This document shows, one piece after another, positions 13,461 to 28,000 of a stretch of DNA of 64,000 nt (the first letter of the stretch is position 1; every line of letters starts with the position of its first letter). The DNA lies in assembly GCA_965235115.1 (NCBI GenBank), contig OZ249436.1, positions 27,654,001-27,718,000 on the forward strand. Direction: 5' to 3'. Source of the stretch: Laetmonice hystrix (taxonomy: Eukaryota). Position numbers and translations under genes: made by a program. Under the pieces are notes generated by a model that saw nothing but the letters and a program-made list of their open reading frames with translations, was not told the DNA's origin and ran no database searches.

Positions 13461-15927
13461 AGTGGAGTGCAAGCTTTACTCAAAATATTTGGATCTTGGA
13501 TGGGGATTGTGCAACATGGCCAACCAGAATCTTGCCCAGAACAATTATAGCAACCTGTCATAAAGGTACTTGGGGTCAAGAAAAAACTAAACCAGTATTC
13601 TGCCTTGTGGATTATTGGGGGGGGGGGGGAGAGGGACTGAAAATTCTGAGTCGAAATGTCATGTGGGAAGGGGGCGCCGCTCTATACAGGGGTCTGGGTA
13701 TAAAAAAAACATTCTGATAACGTTTCTAAACTTTGACCTGTTCACATTCCCAGTATCTGGGATAAAGAGTCACAGTGTAGATTGAATATGGCAATGAAGC
13801 AATGTTGAAGCAATATGGTGATGAAGCAGTGTTGAACGAATAGAATTCACCAAATGTGTTATGGTCATTTACATAATGTGACTTTTCTGCCATTGGATGT
13901 GTGTGTTGTTGTGTAGAACCAGTCCAGTTCCAAAGGGGGTCAAAGTGCAATAATTCCCTCATTTCAGTATGACTGGATTAAGTACTTGTAAATCTTCAGC
14001 AGCCATAAAAAACATTGCTCGTCACAACCTTTATCTGGCATGCGCTTTTCTGGGTTTGGGTGGTCATATTTTGGTAATGTTACCGGTGGGTAGATTTGGA
14101 AAGTATAAAAAGTTGCAATCAGAAAACGGGAGTAACCACTGGGCAGCAACATTCAAACACTGTCTATGGTTATGAAAAACTGGAATGAACTACACGTATG
14201 TAACCACCAAAACACAGAACCAGTTATCTTGTGAAACAACAGGACCACTGCTGGTCGATACCAGGGTGCCGACCGAGGAATTTCTCAGTTTATGGGTTAT
14301 ATTACAGCAACAGATTTTGAGCTTGAGGGGTGAGTTTGTCTAGAAGCATATTTTATGTCTGACGCAAATTTCTTTTTCCTTTAAGAAACTTCTGAAACGT
14401 TCTTAAATTCGTGTACACAGACTGCTAAAAAGATCTTGCTGAAAAATTGTTGCACCACAGAAAAGTAGGAGGGCCTAGCTGATCAATTCGTATAACAGGT
14501 TAGGATCTTTTCTGCTCACCTAGTCATTGATCTCTTGTTGATATAAGGCGTTGGCTAAATATAGTTTGCCTACAGACAGATGTAAGGTACAACGGTAACT
14601 CTGGTGTGTCGGTATCTCTTGTCTAAGACTATTGACCAAATCAGCTGGCTTGAGTCTTTCTTGGATATCTTTAATTGGAGTACCGTATTTGCCAAGCCCA
14701 CCGCCCGTATTTGTGATGTACCGTTTGAGGGTGATTAGCCGATGACCATGCCTTGATACATTCAAACTCTAACTGTTCCGTTCAGTTTAGACCTAATAAT
14801 AATGGTATTTTGGGTAACCATGCATTTCCTTTGAGGTCATTGGTGGGAGTTTGGTTATCATTCTTAGGCAAGAGCATTTTGTTAAATTTACAGAGATGGG
14901 TTCACTTATCACAGTTTTAGGAATTTTGGAATTATTTTGAAGTTTTTCATGGCAACAAAAGACTTTAGAATTATTCATTAATACTAAACATTTTGTATTG
15001 TGAAAAGCGAATAACAAACCACAGCTAGAACGGATGGTCAATGTTTCGTAGAACTAAAGAAGGTTTAGTAAGGCCTTGAAGCGCCCTCATCATCCGCCAC
15101 TGAAAGGGTTACGGTAATTGTTAAGATACGTTTTACTCCATCTGTGTGAGGGTAAGCATGTTTGAAGAAAGAAAAAGGTTTTCATAGTTCCGGATGCATA
15201 GTGCATTTAGTTTTTTAAAAGATCAGAATAATAAAAATCTGTATATTTTTATATACATGTATGTAAATAGTGCTTGAACAGATTCAACGAATCACTTTAT
15301 GTGATAACTGTACTATGCTATCGAGTGTAAAATATACGAATGTGCAATGGAACATTTCTAGTAGATTGCACAAATGGCATTTTTCATAAGTTTCAGAGAT
15401 ATCATAAATTGGTCAAATCATCGGGATGAGTGAGTCGTTGAATGAATTGTAGACATCGTTTTAAGGACACTTTCTCTGTGGGAATGACCTTATTAAACAT
15501 TGCGGTGTATGGTTGTAACTCATTATGCCATCCTTGCTTCCTCCTGCTAAATGTTGTCACGGTGAAATTGAAGATGTAAAATAAAAAAATATATTCTTGT
15601 CTTGGGCATTGTGTGTGTTTATACATCGTGAAAACCCGTGTAAAAACGCTGGTATTTTAGATACAGGTTGAGGACGAATTAATTTTAGAGTAAGAAAGCA
15701 ACCATTTTAACTTACCCAGTACGATAATATTTTTATTATTTGCTGTCAATTGGTATTCTCAAAATTGGGCTGCCTTATGCCACTGAACTTGAAAGAAAAT
15801 GGCAACTTTGATTTGCCGCGATGGAGTTATCGATTTTGTTTGATTTACCCTGTATATTTGTCATACATTTGTGGTTAAACATGCATGATGTCACGGCACA
15901 TGTTGGCACGGTTTATCTTGTCGTTAA

Positions 15928-16455
15928 AGGTAATATGTCACGAATTTCAAATAATACATCGTGTTTCAGCAAAAATATGTCTGCATTGCGGTTCTCCGAT
16001 ATGCCTCAAAGGTCCCCTACCTGTTTATGTATCTTTGGCCGGTATTTTGTAAAAGAAAATCGCCAGTTTTTAATTCAGTCACTGAAAATGACACACTTAG
16101 ATTCCAAGCCTTCGGGATTTGCAGCCGGCTGTGTTTTGCACCCATTTCACACGATCGCCTGATGGGCCATTATAGTCCCACTATCATTTTATAGATTTGT
16201 TATTTACTTATTTATTTATTTGTTTATTTATTTATTTGTTATTTACTTAGATGACGGATTTACCGCACTTTGCAGACAATGCAGCTAGTTTTATTGATTT
16301 TTCCACATTAGGGAGAATTTCACAGCTGTCTACTCGTAGTACTCGTAGTATGTGTTAACAATATGAAAAACAATCAGTGCCATAAAGTACGTCAGTGGTG
16401 AGCAGGTAAGCAGAAAACTGAAGATTTCGGTCGATATCCCCCGTGACATATTTTT
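15928..16455. mobile_element. Degenerate TTAA/Kolobok-like non-autonomous element
   Basis: Left end TTAA-AGGTAATATGTCACG; right end CGTGACATATT is its partial reverse complement; the right TTAA is lost. Confidence 0.4.
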
Positions 16456-17704
16456 CGAGGCCTACAATAGAAAACTATCCACTGGCGTAGGCACCTGGGG
16501 AGGGGGCAATGGGGGCATGTGCCTCCACTTTTTTTTTTTTTTTTTTTTGGGGGGGGGGGTACTTCACCTAAATGCTTTGAGAAACTTTACAAGAATTTCT
16601 GTCTCCAGATGCCGAAAAATATCGGTTTTTTGGCCTTCTAAATTCAGAAGTTTTCAGAAGTTCATCTCGTACCGTCGGTGCTCGAGGGCGCCCCCTTTTG
16701 TGCAGTGCTAGATCCGCGTCTGAGATGTGCCCTTACACATTTTGTCACGTTCTTTACCGTTACGCCGTTGCTATCGTCTTGCATATGGCTACATGAACAC
16801 GCGGCATGATAACTAAGGTTTAGTATGGATTCATGGTGACAGAAGAGGGCTCACAGTGTGATAAAAGAGACAAACGTAGGAGCACTCAGATATTATATCA
16901 GGACCAGCTGTTCCCGATATCGAATATTTTCTTAAACATTTTGGTGTCAAAGAATTCTGATAGGCCTATCTTAAAAGTGGCAAATAAGGTGATAGATGTC
17001 AATGCATTATGCCCTGTATAGTCAGTTATGGCTTGACGTCTTGCCTCCCACATCTATAATGGTCCTATAATGGCCTTGTCTCGAAACCTAGAAGAGGGGC
17101 GTAGGAAGGTCTTAAAAATAAGGGGGCGCCAAACTCAACCCGCGGGCGCCGACATTTATGCAGGCGCGAACGCGCGATTAGACAGCGGGGTTTGGGCGCC
17201 TCCCCCGGGGGCCTCGCCATGGCAGGAAAGTTTTACAATTTTTCGACAATCCCCCCCCCCCGCTATTTCCCGTCATTTGGAGATCAAAACTGTGACTGGA
17301 CTATAGATTTAAGAAAGTTTCTCTGAGTTTTATGATTCCTTGGACTTCGAGGTCTACAACAACATGCTTTTCCTGAGCCCAACAATAGGGGCGGGAGCAA
17401 AACATACTATGTCCCCCGCTCATTTCAAAGTGGGGGATTGCCCCCCTACGAGTTACGGTACCGTCAGTGTTAACTTACGGTACGGCATAAGATGTCCGAT
17501 GAAACGCGCGGGAGAGTATAAGGGGAGAGGGTGGAGCACAATCTCAATCTTAAGGGTCTGAATGGCCTACATCAAAGGTCCTTTATCAGCTTTTACCGTG
17601 GTCCAGTAATCGGACACCTTAGCCATACCCAACAACAATTAGAGGTCTAATCATTTCCTAACGGACCAATACAACCGCCCCTTTTTAAGATACCCTTGCC
17701 GACA

Positions 17705-19077
17705 TATAGATTACAGCTAGGGACAAAGGTTTACATACACCTATAGATTACAGCTGGGGACAAAGGTTTACATACACCTATAGATTAAAGCTGGGGACAA
17801 AGGTTTACATACACCTATAGATTACAGCTGGGGACAAAGGTTTACATACACCTATAGATTACAGCTGGGGACAAAGGTTTACATACACCTATAGATTACA
17901 GCTAGGGACAAAGGTTTACATACACCTATAGATTACAGCTGGGGGCAAAGGTTTACATACACCTATAGATTACTGCTGGGGACAAAGGTTTACATACACC
18001 TATAGATTACAGCTGGGGACAAAGGTTTACATACACCTATAGATTACAGCTGGGGACAAAGGTTTACATACACCTATAGATTACAGCTAGGGACAAAGGT
18101 TTACATACACCTATAGATTAAAGCTGGGGACAAAGGTTTACATACACCTATAGATTACAGCTGGGGACAAAGGTTTACATACACCTATAGATTACAGCTG
18201 GGGACAAAGGTTTACATACACCTATAGATTACAGCTAGGGACAAAGGTTTACATACACCTATAGATTACAGCTAGGGACAAAGGTTTACATACACCTATA
18301 GATTACAGCTAGGGACAAAGGTTTACATACACCAATAGATTACAGCTAGGGACAAAGGTTTACATACACCTATAGATTACAGCTGGGGACAAAGGTTTAC
18401 ATATACCAATAGATTACAGCTGGGGACAAAGGTTTACATACACCTATAGATTACAGCTAGGGACAAAGGTTTACATACACCTATAGATTACAGCTAGGGA
18501 CAAAGGTTTACATACACCAATAGATTACAGCTAGGGACAAAGGTTTACATACACCTATAGATTACAGCTGGGGACAAAGGTTTACATACACCTATAGATT
18601 ACAGCTGGGGACAAAGGTTTACATACACCAATAGATTACAGCTAGGGACAAAGGTTTACATACACCTATAGATTACAGCTGGGGACAAAGGTTTACATAC
18701 ACCTATAGATTACAGCTGGGGACGAAGGTTTACATACACCTATAGATTACAGCTGGGGACAAAGGTTTACATACACCTATAGATTACAGCTAGGGACAAA
18801 GGTTTACATACACCTATAGATTACAGCTAGGGACAAAGGTTTACATACACCTATAGATTACAGCTAGGGACAAAGGTTTACATACACCTATAGATTACAG
18901 CTGGGGACAAAGGTTTACATACACCTATAGATTACAGCTAGGGACAAAGGTTTACATACACCTATAGATTACAGCTGGGGACAAAGGTTTACATACACCT
19001 ATAGATTACAGCTGGGGACGAAGGTTTACATACACCTATAGATTACAGCTGGGGACAAAGGTTTACATACACCTAGA
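17705..19077. repeat. 37-bp minisatellite, ~37 copies
   Basis: Unit CTATAGATTACAGCT(G/A)GGGACAAAGGTTTACATACAC, highly homogeneous, with no spacers. Confidence 0.97.
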
Positions 19078-19369
19078 CTGAAAACATTTAACTCAAATTT
19101 TCATGACTCCAACCAGTTCGTGCAACCATATTTTTCATGTGATATACGTCATGGAGGATTTCTTCTATATTTACATCAGAGATAGGTTTAAAACAATGGG
19201 TTACAATGATAGATTTATTGCATATTGTATGCAATATGTCAGAATGTCAGTCTTTAATTTGGGGATATTTCGAATGTACTCTGCAGGCTCTTTCATACGA
19301 GGTATGACACGCTCAGATCTGACCATTGGTCATTTTAGTCAAATAAATATGACCGTTTTCTAATCTTAA

Positions 19370-19883
19370 AGGGGCATATTATGAGTAAACGTTAAAAAAT
19401 CGGTATTTCATATAACTTTTGCTGTTTTCATAAAGAGATCCTTCATTAAAATTGCTTGGTAAACAAAGACAGACTTATCAGTTTCATTTTGCGTGAGAAA
19501 TCGAAGTTTATTAAGCTCCCTTGTCCGCTTCTCTGCCGATTTCGTAAAATATTTTTTGGGTGGCATTCTGATGCCGGGCGATCGAGTGCCACTGCTGAAT
19601 TGTTTACAACTAAGCAAAGCACGTGACTAAGCACATGCAGAGAGTGCACACACAGGATGTGACACAGTATGCAATTACACGGGTTGATGGGAGGTTGTCC
19701 GCCAAATTATGGCAGGAGAAATCTATAGGTTTGGTCATATAGAACCTACTTGTGCTCCATACGCAGCGAAAACACGTCGGAGGACAAGATGCTGTGGTAG
19801 GATTATTTACTTGGATTCCTAGTACACGGTCATGTTGGATAATTGCTGGAAATCCTCAAAAACGTGTTTCATAGCATGCCCCT
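19370..19883. mobile_element. Kolobok-like non-autonomous DNA transposon (TTAA TSD)
   Basis: TTAA-AGGGGCATATTATGA ... TCATAGCATGCCCCT-TTAA (13/15 TIR match). Confidence 0.75.
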
Positions 19884-20312
19884 TTAAGGACACCCTAAAA
19901 TAAATAGGCATAATAAAATGACATGAAATTGAAGGCAGCAGGTGGTGTAGGGCCAAGTGAAACGCATTTTCCATGACAGGAATTCTTCATTAAATTACAA
20001 CGAAAGAAAAAAGGCCAAAGAAGTCAAACTGTACGTATTTATTTCCGTACCGTATGCAATAAGTTGAATAATCTAAGTACATTGTTTTGTCCGTTGATGA
20101 ACTACCGCGCTCACTGTCTATGTCCGGCCTTCGACCTGTGCTTTTCCTGCATCCTCTAATCGTTGCCGAGATCCAGGCATTTAAATCTATTCAGTCAATC
20201 TCATTCCAAAGCAGTGGTATTTTCGTATATGGCAATCACTGGCAATGCTGCTGATGGTGATGCTGGCTTCGCAAGTTTCCCCGAGTCCTCTCAAGTCCTT
20301 CCTCTTTACAGG

Positions 20313-23300
20313 TTACACTTTACCTGACAAGCGTGAAGACCGCCTCAAATGTCCTGTTGCTCCTGCAAAGAAGAAGCAGCGTTGCAATAGACCTAAATAA
20401 GGGTGTACAATGTATAACATATTTCCACTTAAAACTCACTCCCTTGACCTATACATGACGTTTGTAATAATCTTCAATCACAAACGTAATTGGATCCAAG
20501 ATGGCGCAAGCCAATGTATAACTTACTGTAAAGGATGAAGATTCTCTACTGATAAACTGGAACATTTTATTTTTTTTATGAACATACATATTTATTATGT
20601 TAGATGTCAATCTAATTTTTCAGTTACCCCTTTACATGCCTTGAACATTTGTGAGAACTATATGGAAAGTTGCTGGATTAACATTTGCTATAAGTATTCT
20701 AGACCTTTGACACTGGGGATAATATACAGGCGGCCCTCTGGTTCCCTTGAAAACTGCCTAGAGGCACTTCATGAGATGCTTAATTCTATTCCATCGGGTA
20801 ATGATATTATGATGATTGGAGACTTTAACATTGATTTTGCTAAAAATAATAACAATTCTAGGAAACTTAAAGAATTAGCACGCGAGAGATCTCTGAAACA
20901 GTTGATTAAAACACCTACCAGAGGAACACATTATACAAGTACAACTATTGACCTAATATTCGTAAAGGCCGATCACATTGTCCAGAGTGGCACAATTCCC
21001 TGTGGATTAAGTGATCATAATATAATTTTTGTTATCAAAAAGAAAATACAACCTACACATACGAGTGCAACCTTTCAAGGACGAAGCTACAAACACTTGG
21101 ACATTCCTAACTTACAAGCACGTATATCAGCCTTGGACTGGTCACCTTTCTATGAATGCTGTGATCCTACACTTAGTTGGGATATTATGCTAGGTAATAT
21201 AATGTCCGTCACCGATCTGCTATGTCCCCTCAAAGAAATAAAGATAAAAAAGGTTAAACAACCGTGGATTAACAACCTTTTACTTGAACTAATGAATGAT
21301 AGAGATGCTGTTCTGAAGCGACATGAGCAGACAAAAGACTCGGCTGACTGGGACTTGTATAAAAGGCTGAGAAACGAGGCTAAGAGAGGAGTCCGTGAAG
21401 CTAAAGAAGAGTTCATAATTGACAATCTTGTGAAACACGAAGGTGACCACAAAAAGTTCTGGAAACAGATAAATGATCTATTTCCTCGCTCTGGTAAGAA
21501 CAATGCTACTTTCAGACTGATTGAGCCAAATGGCAATACTGAAGTTGATGAAAGTAAGACTGCTGATTATATCAACTCATTTTTTGTGAATATTGGTCCT
21601 AACCTTGCCCAGCACTTCAGAGAACCCTGGGATACGGATATGGTCAGGTCAAACCTAGAACTGCCAACTATGGTTACCACTGAAGAGGAGGTTAAGAAGC
21701 TAGTTAAAGAAATTAACATATACAAATCCTCTGCTATTAAGAACATTTCATCGAAAATTCTTAAACCTGCATTCCTAATCCTAATACCTCAACTCACACA
21801 CTTGTTCAATCTATGCCTTACACATGGATTATTTCCTGATAGCTGGAAGGTTGCTACAGTCATTCCACTACAAAAAGATGGTGATAAGTCGGATGTGGGA
21901 AACCTAAGGCCAATCTCGTTACTTCCTCTGCCAGGGAAGATGTTAGAAAGGGTAATCCATGCAAATTTAATGCTTTTTCTCACAGAAAATAACCTAATAT
22001 CTGAAAAGCAAGGTGGTTTTAGGCCTGGTTTTTCAACCACTAGAAAAATAGCGGACTTAACTGATGACATATACGAAGCTATGAATAATCAAGAAATTAC
22101 TGTGGCAGTCTTTATTGATTTTAAAAAAGCTTTTGATACGGTTGATCACGAAATTCTTCTCAGGAAACTAGACTTACTTGGTATTAGGAATATAAACCTT
22201 AACCTAATAACTAACTATCTATCCAACAGGAAACAACAGACCTTGGCAAATAATGTTATGTCAGATACTGCAAACATCACGTTTGGGGTCCCCCAAGGCT
22301 CTGTTCTCGGTCCGCTATTGTTTCTATTGTACGTGAATGATTTACCAGACTGTATTCAAAACGGACGTTCGCAATTATATGCTGATGACACAACTGTCTA
22401 CCAAAAACACAGTAATGTATATTGTGCGGTTCAGAGCCTTCAAGATGACCTTGACCGTTTAATGCATTGGTGCAACCTGAATAAATTAACGATCAATGTT
22501 AAAAAAACTAAAGCTATGATCTTCACTACTAAACAAAGAAAGAAAAGGCTTCCGCCAATCAATCTGACATTAGGCAATGAGCGACTCGCTATAGTAGACT
22601 CGTATAAGTACCTGGGACTTACTCTAGACAGCACACTTAATTTTGAAAACCATCTTAAAAATATGGTAAAAACCATAAGTCACAAACTATTTATGCTAAC
22701 TAGGCTACGTCGACTGTTAACTCAGGCTGCTGCCGAAAGAGTCTATAAAACAATGATTTTACCATACTTTGACTATGCAGACATCTTCTATGAGGCATGT
22801 TCACAAAACAAACTCGATAAGTTACAAAGGATCCAAAATCGGTCTCTTAGATGCATAGCTGGTGTCAACCAAAAACATCTTTCCACTGATGAATTGCATG
22901 AAAAGTTAAATCTCTGTAAGCTAATTACTAGAAGAAAACAGCATCTTGCGAACTTTATGTTTAAAAGATCATCGGACCCCCACTATATAGACAATAGAAA
23001 CCTAATAACAAGAGAACATAGGAAAAAGCTCATGGTAGTGACTAAACCTAATTTAGAAAAGTTCAAAGACTCCTTGGTGTATAAAGGCTCTAAACTTTGG
23101 AATAGCCTAAGTATGGAACACCAAGTATGTGCATCATATAAACTTTTTAAATCCAAAACAAAGAACTGTATTATAGATTGAAGGAATGTGTATGTTTGTT
23201 CCCTATATTAGCCCTATGAAGTTGACATGTAATTTATGTGTATCATGGCATTTCCCCCCCTGTACAGATGCTATAATCACCCACACATCTCATTATCATC

Positions 23301-23434
23301 TCACTCTTCTATCATACCTATGTAATAGATAGTATCGAGGATAAGGTATTCGGGAAACGCGTGACTATTGTAGGAGGTTTACCAGGAAACAGGCTTATAG
23401 CCTTGTGTATATCTTCTTCAATAAAGATCATCTT

Positions 23435-23467
<33 letters not shown>

Positions 23468-24981
23468 CATCAAGTGGAAGGCCTTTTAGCAATTTTAACT
23501 TTTTGCGAACTCAAAGATGAGACTTTCCAGGATTGTCCATCATAACTTTGCATTTTCAGGCATCCCATACATGTACTTATACTGTATGTAATACGCACCT
23601 CACTGTCATCTGTAGGCATGAACACAAATATACATTGACTTACATAATCTTAAATTGACATCAAATTGCTTGCTTCTCCAAAGTGTCACAAAACATAAGC
23701 TAAGTTACCTACAAAAATGCGAAAGTTCCATAAAGTAGAAGTTCTGTACATGTAAAATAGTATTTCTTTATCTACATATCTTCAAATCTAAGGGGAGGGG
23801 GAAATCTCTTACTTGTTTTGGTAAGACTGTCATCAGAGGAATTTATTTGGCACTTTGCAGATTGTCGATTGGTTGTCTGTCGCTTGGTTCCTTTCTTCGA
23901 CACAGTGCTCTTTTTAGTGAGAACTTTTGGAGATGATACCACAGTTTTAGCATTATGTTTTGGATACAACGTTTTCTTTGGGGCAGAATTTCTTGGCCCT
24001 TTCTCTTCATTTGCTGATTCTTCTGACTCCTGAGCAGCAAAACACAGACAATTTGTGGGAAATGCGACTGGTAAAGGTTAATCCTGATCAAATCTATAGA
24101 GGTTATGTGGTGACGTCATTTGGAGGAAAATAGCATGGGCTTCTGTTTACAGTTATTTTAAATCGATTCTCTACAGCTCTTTACCTTCTCTTTCTCCTTG
24201 GGAGCACTTCTTTTCCTTTCAACTCTCCCTCTGGTTTTATGATCTGGAATGATTCATAATTAAGAAGTTAGAACCATGTAGAAATTACGTTCTCATGGAA
24301 ATCTGATCTAAAATACATTGTAGGTGTGTATATCATTATATGGCACATACCTAATTTTACTAATACTAATTTTTGCACCAATGAATGGTGGCGTGTTTAA
24401 TACCTTTTGTTCATTTAATTCATTTGTTCAACTGTGTATGGAAAGGTGGACCTTACGTCACATCCTTTTGTTGAATTGTTACCATGAACGATGTTGTCAA
24501 AAACTGTGACGTACCTACTTGAAAGACCTACGTCATAATTCGTCGTCATATTTAACAAGAGAACATAGGAAAAAGCTCATGGTAGTGACTAAACCTAATT
24601 TAGAAAAGTTCAAAGACTCCTTGGTGTATAAAGGCTCTAAACTTTGGAATAGCCTAAGTATGGAACACCAAGTATGTGCATCATATAAACTTTTTAAATC
24701 CAAAACAAAGAACTGTATTATAGATTGAAGGAATGTGTATGTTTGTTCCCTATATTAGCCCTATGAAGTTGACATGTAATTTATGTGTATCATGGCATTT
24801 CCCCCCCTGTACAGATGCTATAATCACCCACACATCTCATTATCATCTCACTCTTCTATCATACCTATGTAATAGATAGTATCGAGGATAAGGTATTCGG
24901 GAAACGCGTGACTATTGTAGGAGGTTTACCAGGAAACAGGCTTATAGCCTTGTGTATATCTTCTTCAATAAAGATCATCTT

Positions 24982-25014
<33 letters not shown>

Positions 25015-28000
25015 CATCAAGTGGAAGGCCTTTTAGCAATTTTAACTTTTTGCGAACTCAAAGATGAGACTTTCCAGGATTGTCCATCATAACTTTGCAT
25101 TTTCAGGCATCCCATACATGTACTTATACTGTATGTAATACGCACCTCACTGTCATCTGTAGGCATGAACACAAATATACATTGACTTACATAATCTTAA
25201 ATTGACATCAAATTGCTTGCTTCTCCAAAGTGTCACAAAACATAAGCTAAGTTACCTACAAAAATGCGAAAGTTCCATAAAGTAGAAGTTCTGTACATGT
25301 AAAATAGTATTTCTTTATCTACATATCTTCAAATCTAAGGGGAGGGGGAAATCTCTTACTTGTTTTGGTAAGACTGTCATCAGAGGAATTTATTTGGCAC
25401 TTTGCAGATTGTCGATTGGTTGTCTGTCGCTTGGTTCCTTTCTTCGACACAGTGCTCTTTTTAGTGAGAACTTTTGGAGATGATACCACAGTTTTAGCAT
25501 TATGTTTTGGATACAACGTTTTCTTTGGGGCAGAATTTCTTGGCCCTTTCTCTTCATTTGCTGATTCTTCTGACTCCTGAGCAGCAAAACACAGACAATT
25601 TGTGGGAAATGCGACTGGTAAAGGTTAATCCTGATCAAATCTATAGAGGTTATGTGGTGACGTCATTTGGAGGAAAATAGCATGGGCTTCTGTTTACAGT
25701 TATTTTAAATCGATTCTCTACAGCTCTTTACCTTCTCTTTCTCCTTGGGAGCACTTCTTTTCCTTTCAACTCTCCCTCTGGTTTTATGATCTGGAATGAT
25801 TCATAATTAAGAAGTTAGAACCATGTAGAAATTACGTTCTCATGGAAATCTGATCTAAAATACATTGTAGGTGTGTATATCATTATATGGCACATACCTA
25901 ATTTTACTAATACTAATTTTTGCACCAATGAATGGTGGCGTGTTTAATACCTTTTGTTCATTTAATTCATTTGTTCAACTGTGTATGGAAAGGTGGACCT
26001 TACGTCACATCCTTTTGTTGAATTGTTACCATGAACGATGTTGTCAAAAACTGTGACGTACCTACTTGAAAGACCTACGTCATAATTCGTCGTCATATTT
26101 ATGTTACATAACGTAATCGCTTCCCTACCCAGCCTCACATAAAATAGTCCCCAATACAGCGCATTTTTACTAAGTTAGAAACAATTAATCCAACCCAAAT
26201 AAATAATTAACTCTCTTTATATTACCATTAATTAATTTAGGAAAGAGCGCAGAGATTCACATCAGCACTCGTGCTTCCCACTCGTGCTGATATTACTCCG
26301 CACATGCCACCTCGTCTGATACACAATCCTGTATCACACACTCGGTCGTTCCCGTGTCAGGGATGTGCCCCAAAAAAATGAGTGTTGGTCAGTGAGAAAT
26401 TAATATGTACCGGTACACACATTTTATCAGATGAGAGGCCTGATAAAAATTCCTGCCGGGCAGCACTTGAACCTTTTTAGTTTTGTCGGTGCCGGGCAGG
26501 CCCGCCCAGCGCCGCCCAGCGTGGGCACATCCCTGCTGTGTATTTCCGCACATCTGACCACAGTTCTATGATCTGACAGTACATGTATAAGCTAACAGTG
26601 CGAGCCCAAAGTGTCTCAAACTACTAGTTACCTACTACAATTAAAAGGCACCAATTTTCGAACATCAAACTGGGGAGTGGTCTTCAATCTTGAGTCACAC
26701 AACCAAGAAATATGGTAACAAGTTAATGTATTTACTTGACAATACCTTTAGGTTTCAATGGTCCTGCCTGTCCAATAAACCACATTGTTCTACCGTTGTG
26801 ATCCACCATGTTGTTCATACCATCTTTATAGTAACACTGAAGCCAGTCCAGGAATGATGCAAAGCCTTCCTTGTCATCGCGTGGGTCATACACGTGTCCT
26901 CTTCCACCATCTGTCAACATGTAAAATCAGCTGACACGCCGGGTAGGCATACTTTGTCAGGTTGAAGACGTATACATGTACAGTATAATTACAGTATAAC
27001 TCTTACGTAGACGGCTATATATCCTGCTATAAATTAAGTTCTAAAATAAAAATAAATTGTTGGTGGGAAATACAAACTCTAAAACCCCCTGCTGGATAGC
27101 AAACTGGATGTACAAGTTTTACTCAATCAGTGCCAGGACTTCCATTGGGAGATCATGACAGAGTTGTAGGATGCCAGTGTTTAAACTGGATGTACAAGTT
27201 TTACTCAATCAGTGCCAGGACTTCCATTGGGAGATCATGACAGAGTTGTAGGATGCCAGTGTTTAAACTGGATGTACAAGTTTTACTCAATCAGTGCCAG
27301 GACTTCCATTGGGAGATCATGACAGAGTTCTAGGATGCCAGTGTTTTTAAACAGGATGTACAAGTTTTACTTAATCAGTGCCAGGACTTCCATTGGGAGA
27401 TCATGACAGAGTTGTAGGATGCCAGTGTTTAGGCAAAAAAGAAATCCCGGTTTCTGGTCCGCGCGCACGTCACTTCAAATGCCGCGCATCAGTGCTTTTT
27501 TTTTTCTTCCCCTCACCTTGGATGACTGTGAATTGCGCTGCCACCTAGTGGTAAGGCCAAAAAAAAAAATAGATTCGTTTCTTGTCCCCGCGCGCGTCAC
27601 CTAAAAACCCCCGCGTCAAGTCTTTTTTTTTCAAATCCGACTGCTTCATATGGTGGGCAGTGTAGCGCTGGGACAGAACGTTGCAACGGTTCTTTGGCGT
27701 TGGCGCCTTTCTGTTAGTCTTATTGCTTTTTATGCGAGTTTTACACATTCTAAAACATTGAACATCATTGCATTAGTCTTTTCTTCAAGATTTATGTACC
27801 CAACAGCAATTGCATTCGAAGAATCGGCCGTTGTCTAGTTGCATCCAAAAAAAAAAAAGAAAGATGAAAAAAAAAGAAGCCGCGTCACCGCACCATTTTT
27901 TTTATATGAAAGGACAAGAAACGAAACTTTTTTTTTTTTGGCCTAAGGCTTGAAACTAACCATTGTTGTAATGGATATTTCAGTAACATTGCAACGGAAG

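Noticed and set aside
14520..14765. 81-aa minus-strand ORF downstream of GLMP
   Set aside because: No recognisable homology or supporting exon structure; probably within the GLMP 3' UTR.
17705..19077. 37-bp repeat array as a CRISPR array
   Set aside because: Units are head-to-tail with no unique spacers, there are no cas genes, and the context is eukaryotic.
24519..24728. Second independent LINE insertion
   Set aside because: The flanking sequence after the poly(A) is also duplicated, so this is part of a segmental tandem duplication and not a new retrotransposition.
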